64,000 nucleotides of DNA, taken from assembly GCA_964480865.1 (NCBI GenBank), contig CAYZRP010000001.1:22096-86095 (forward strand), given 5' to 3'. The DNA is from an uncultured Anaerolineales bacterium (GTDB taxonomy: Bacteria; Chloroflexota; Anaerolineae; Anaerolineales; UBA6663). Of this stretch, positions 63,206-64,000 are shown piece by piece. Numbering within the stretch: the stretch's first letter is position 1; every line of letters begins with the position of its first letter. The notes under the pieces are model-generated. The model ran no database searches. It saw only the letters and a list, made by a program, of their open reading frames with translations, and was not told the DNA's origin. The position numbers were made by a program, and so were the translations under genes.

Positions 63206-64000
63206 CCGAGTACAGGTATGTCGGAAAACGCTCGCGGTCGGAGGATGGCCTCGAGAAGGTGACGGGGCGCGCGCGCTACGTCGGCGACTACACGGTGCCG
63301 AACATGTTGGTCGCCAAAGTGCTGCGCAGCCCGCTGCCGCACGCCCACATTGTGTCGATCGACGTCAGCCCGGCGTTGCAGGTGCCCGGCGTCGTGGCCG
63401 TCGTCACCGCCGAGGACTTCGTCGACCACGGCCTCTGGGGCTGGCCGATCAAGGACGCCTACGTGCTGGCCTGGAAGAAGGTGCGCTACGTCGGTGACGG
63501 CGTCGCCGCCGTGGCCGCCGAGACCGAGGCGGCTGCCCTGGCCGGCATCCGCGCGATCAAGGTCACGTATGAGCGGCTGCCCGTCGTCGGCGACATCCAC
63601 CACGCGCTCGATCCGGATGCCGCCATCATCCCGGACACCGCCGAGCCGGGCAAGGGCAACCTCACCGGCACGCATCTGGTTCGCTTCGGCGACCCGGATC
63701 CGATCCTGGCTGAGTGCGAGGTCTTCGTCGAAGAGTCGTACGCGTTCAAGCATCAGGAGCACGCCTACACCGAGACCGAAGGGGCGCTGGCCATCCCCGA
63801 GCCGGATGGCGGAGTGACGGTGTACGCGAACGACCAGTCGCCGTTCATCAACCGCAGCAACGTGTCGATGACTCTGGGCGTGCCGGAAGCGCGGGTGCGC
63901 ATCATCCAGGCGCATGTCGGCGGTTCGTTCGGCGGCAAGGACGACATCGGCTATCAGACCTGCGCCCAGGCTGGCAAGCTGGCCCTCAAGGCCGGCCGCC
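63202..64000 (+). CDS. Molybdopterin-binding large subunit of a xanthine-dehydrogenase-family enzyme (3' end lies outside the window)
   Basis: Not in the ORF track because it has no stop in the window. My own translation from ATG 63202 (ATGA overlap) reads MTEYRYVGKRSRSEDGLEKVTGRARYVGDY...VRYVGDGVAAVAAET...AHVGGSFGGKDD, typical of the a/b-hammerhead and Mo-binding domains. Confidence 0.85.
   Translation, partial: MTEYRYVGKRSRSEDGLEKVTGRARYVGDYTVPNMLVAKVLRSPLPHAHIVSIDVSPALQVPGVVAVVTAEDFVDHGLWGWPIKDAYVLAWKKVRYVGDGVAAVAAETEAAALAGIRAIKVTYERLPVVGDIHHALDPDAAIIPDTAEPGKGNLTGTHLVRFGDPDPILAECEVFVEESYAFKHQEHAYTETEGALAIPEPDGGVTVYANDQSPFINRSNVSMTLGVPEARVRIIQAHVGGSFGGKDDIGYQTCAQAGKLALKAGR

Overview
High-GC (about 65%) bacterial chromosomal window, densely coded, with many 4-nt start/stop overlaps. 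I saw no rRNA, tRNA, CRISPR array or intact transposase. Content in order: (a) 1-2.7 kb: the C-terminal end of a methyl-accepting chemotaxis protein and two membrane proteins. (b) 2.8-11.3 kb: an ordinary alpha-glycoside utilisation locus (GH31, GH4, sugar ABC importer, LacI regulator). (c) 11.5-14.8 kb: a compositionally atypical patch holding an orphan XRE-HTH protein behind an array of GTCAATC half-sites, followed by about 700 bp of decayed DNA that may contain a tyrosine-recombinase remnant. (d) 14.8-26.5 kb: housekeeping and stress genes, including a YCII/DGPF plus ECF42-type sigma pair, GNATs, DinB and a CopC-CopD-cytochrome c fusion. (e) 26.7-42.0 kb: an unusual LacI-controlled minus-strand operon of about 14 kb. 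It carries four ADP-ribosylglycohydrolase-family (ARH) paralogues, a CitD-CitE fusion plus CitF (citrate-lyase-type complex), two exported lipoproteins (Kelch propeller, PF00756-type esterase), an alpha/beta hydrolase and a sugar ABC importer. (f) 44.4-55.9 kb: an 11-gene minus-strand operon with two methenyl-H4MPT-cyclohydrolase (Mch)-family paralogues and no other C1 genes. They sit beside a RibD_C-like reductase, an amidohydrolase, an HcnABC/opine-oxidase-like three-subunit flavoenzyme, an Hyi/OtnI-type isomerase, a class I aldolase, an FGGY kinase and an aldo-keto reductase. (g) 56.3-64.0 kb: a divergent BMP-type (nucleoside/purine) ABC importer, a 2-hydroxyacid dehydrogenase and xanthine-dehydrogenase-family subunits. 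The main non-genic signal is a set of four intergenic hairpin elements whose arms are each built from about four tandem 7-nt units (GACGAAN, GAGCGTN, GACCGCN). Two of them, plus one simple hairpin, lie directly after the three substrate-binding-protein genes. All functional calls come from motif recognition by eye. No database search was run.
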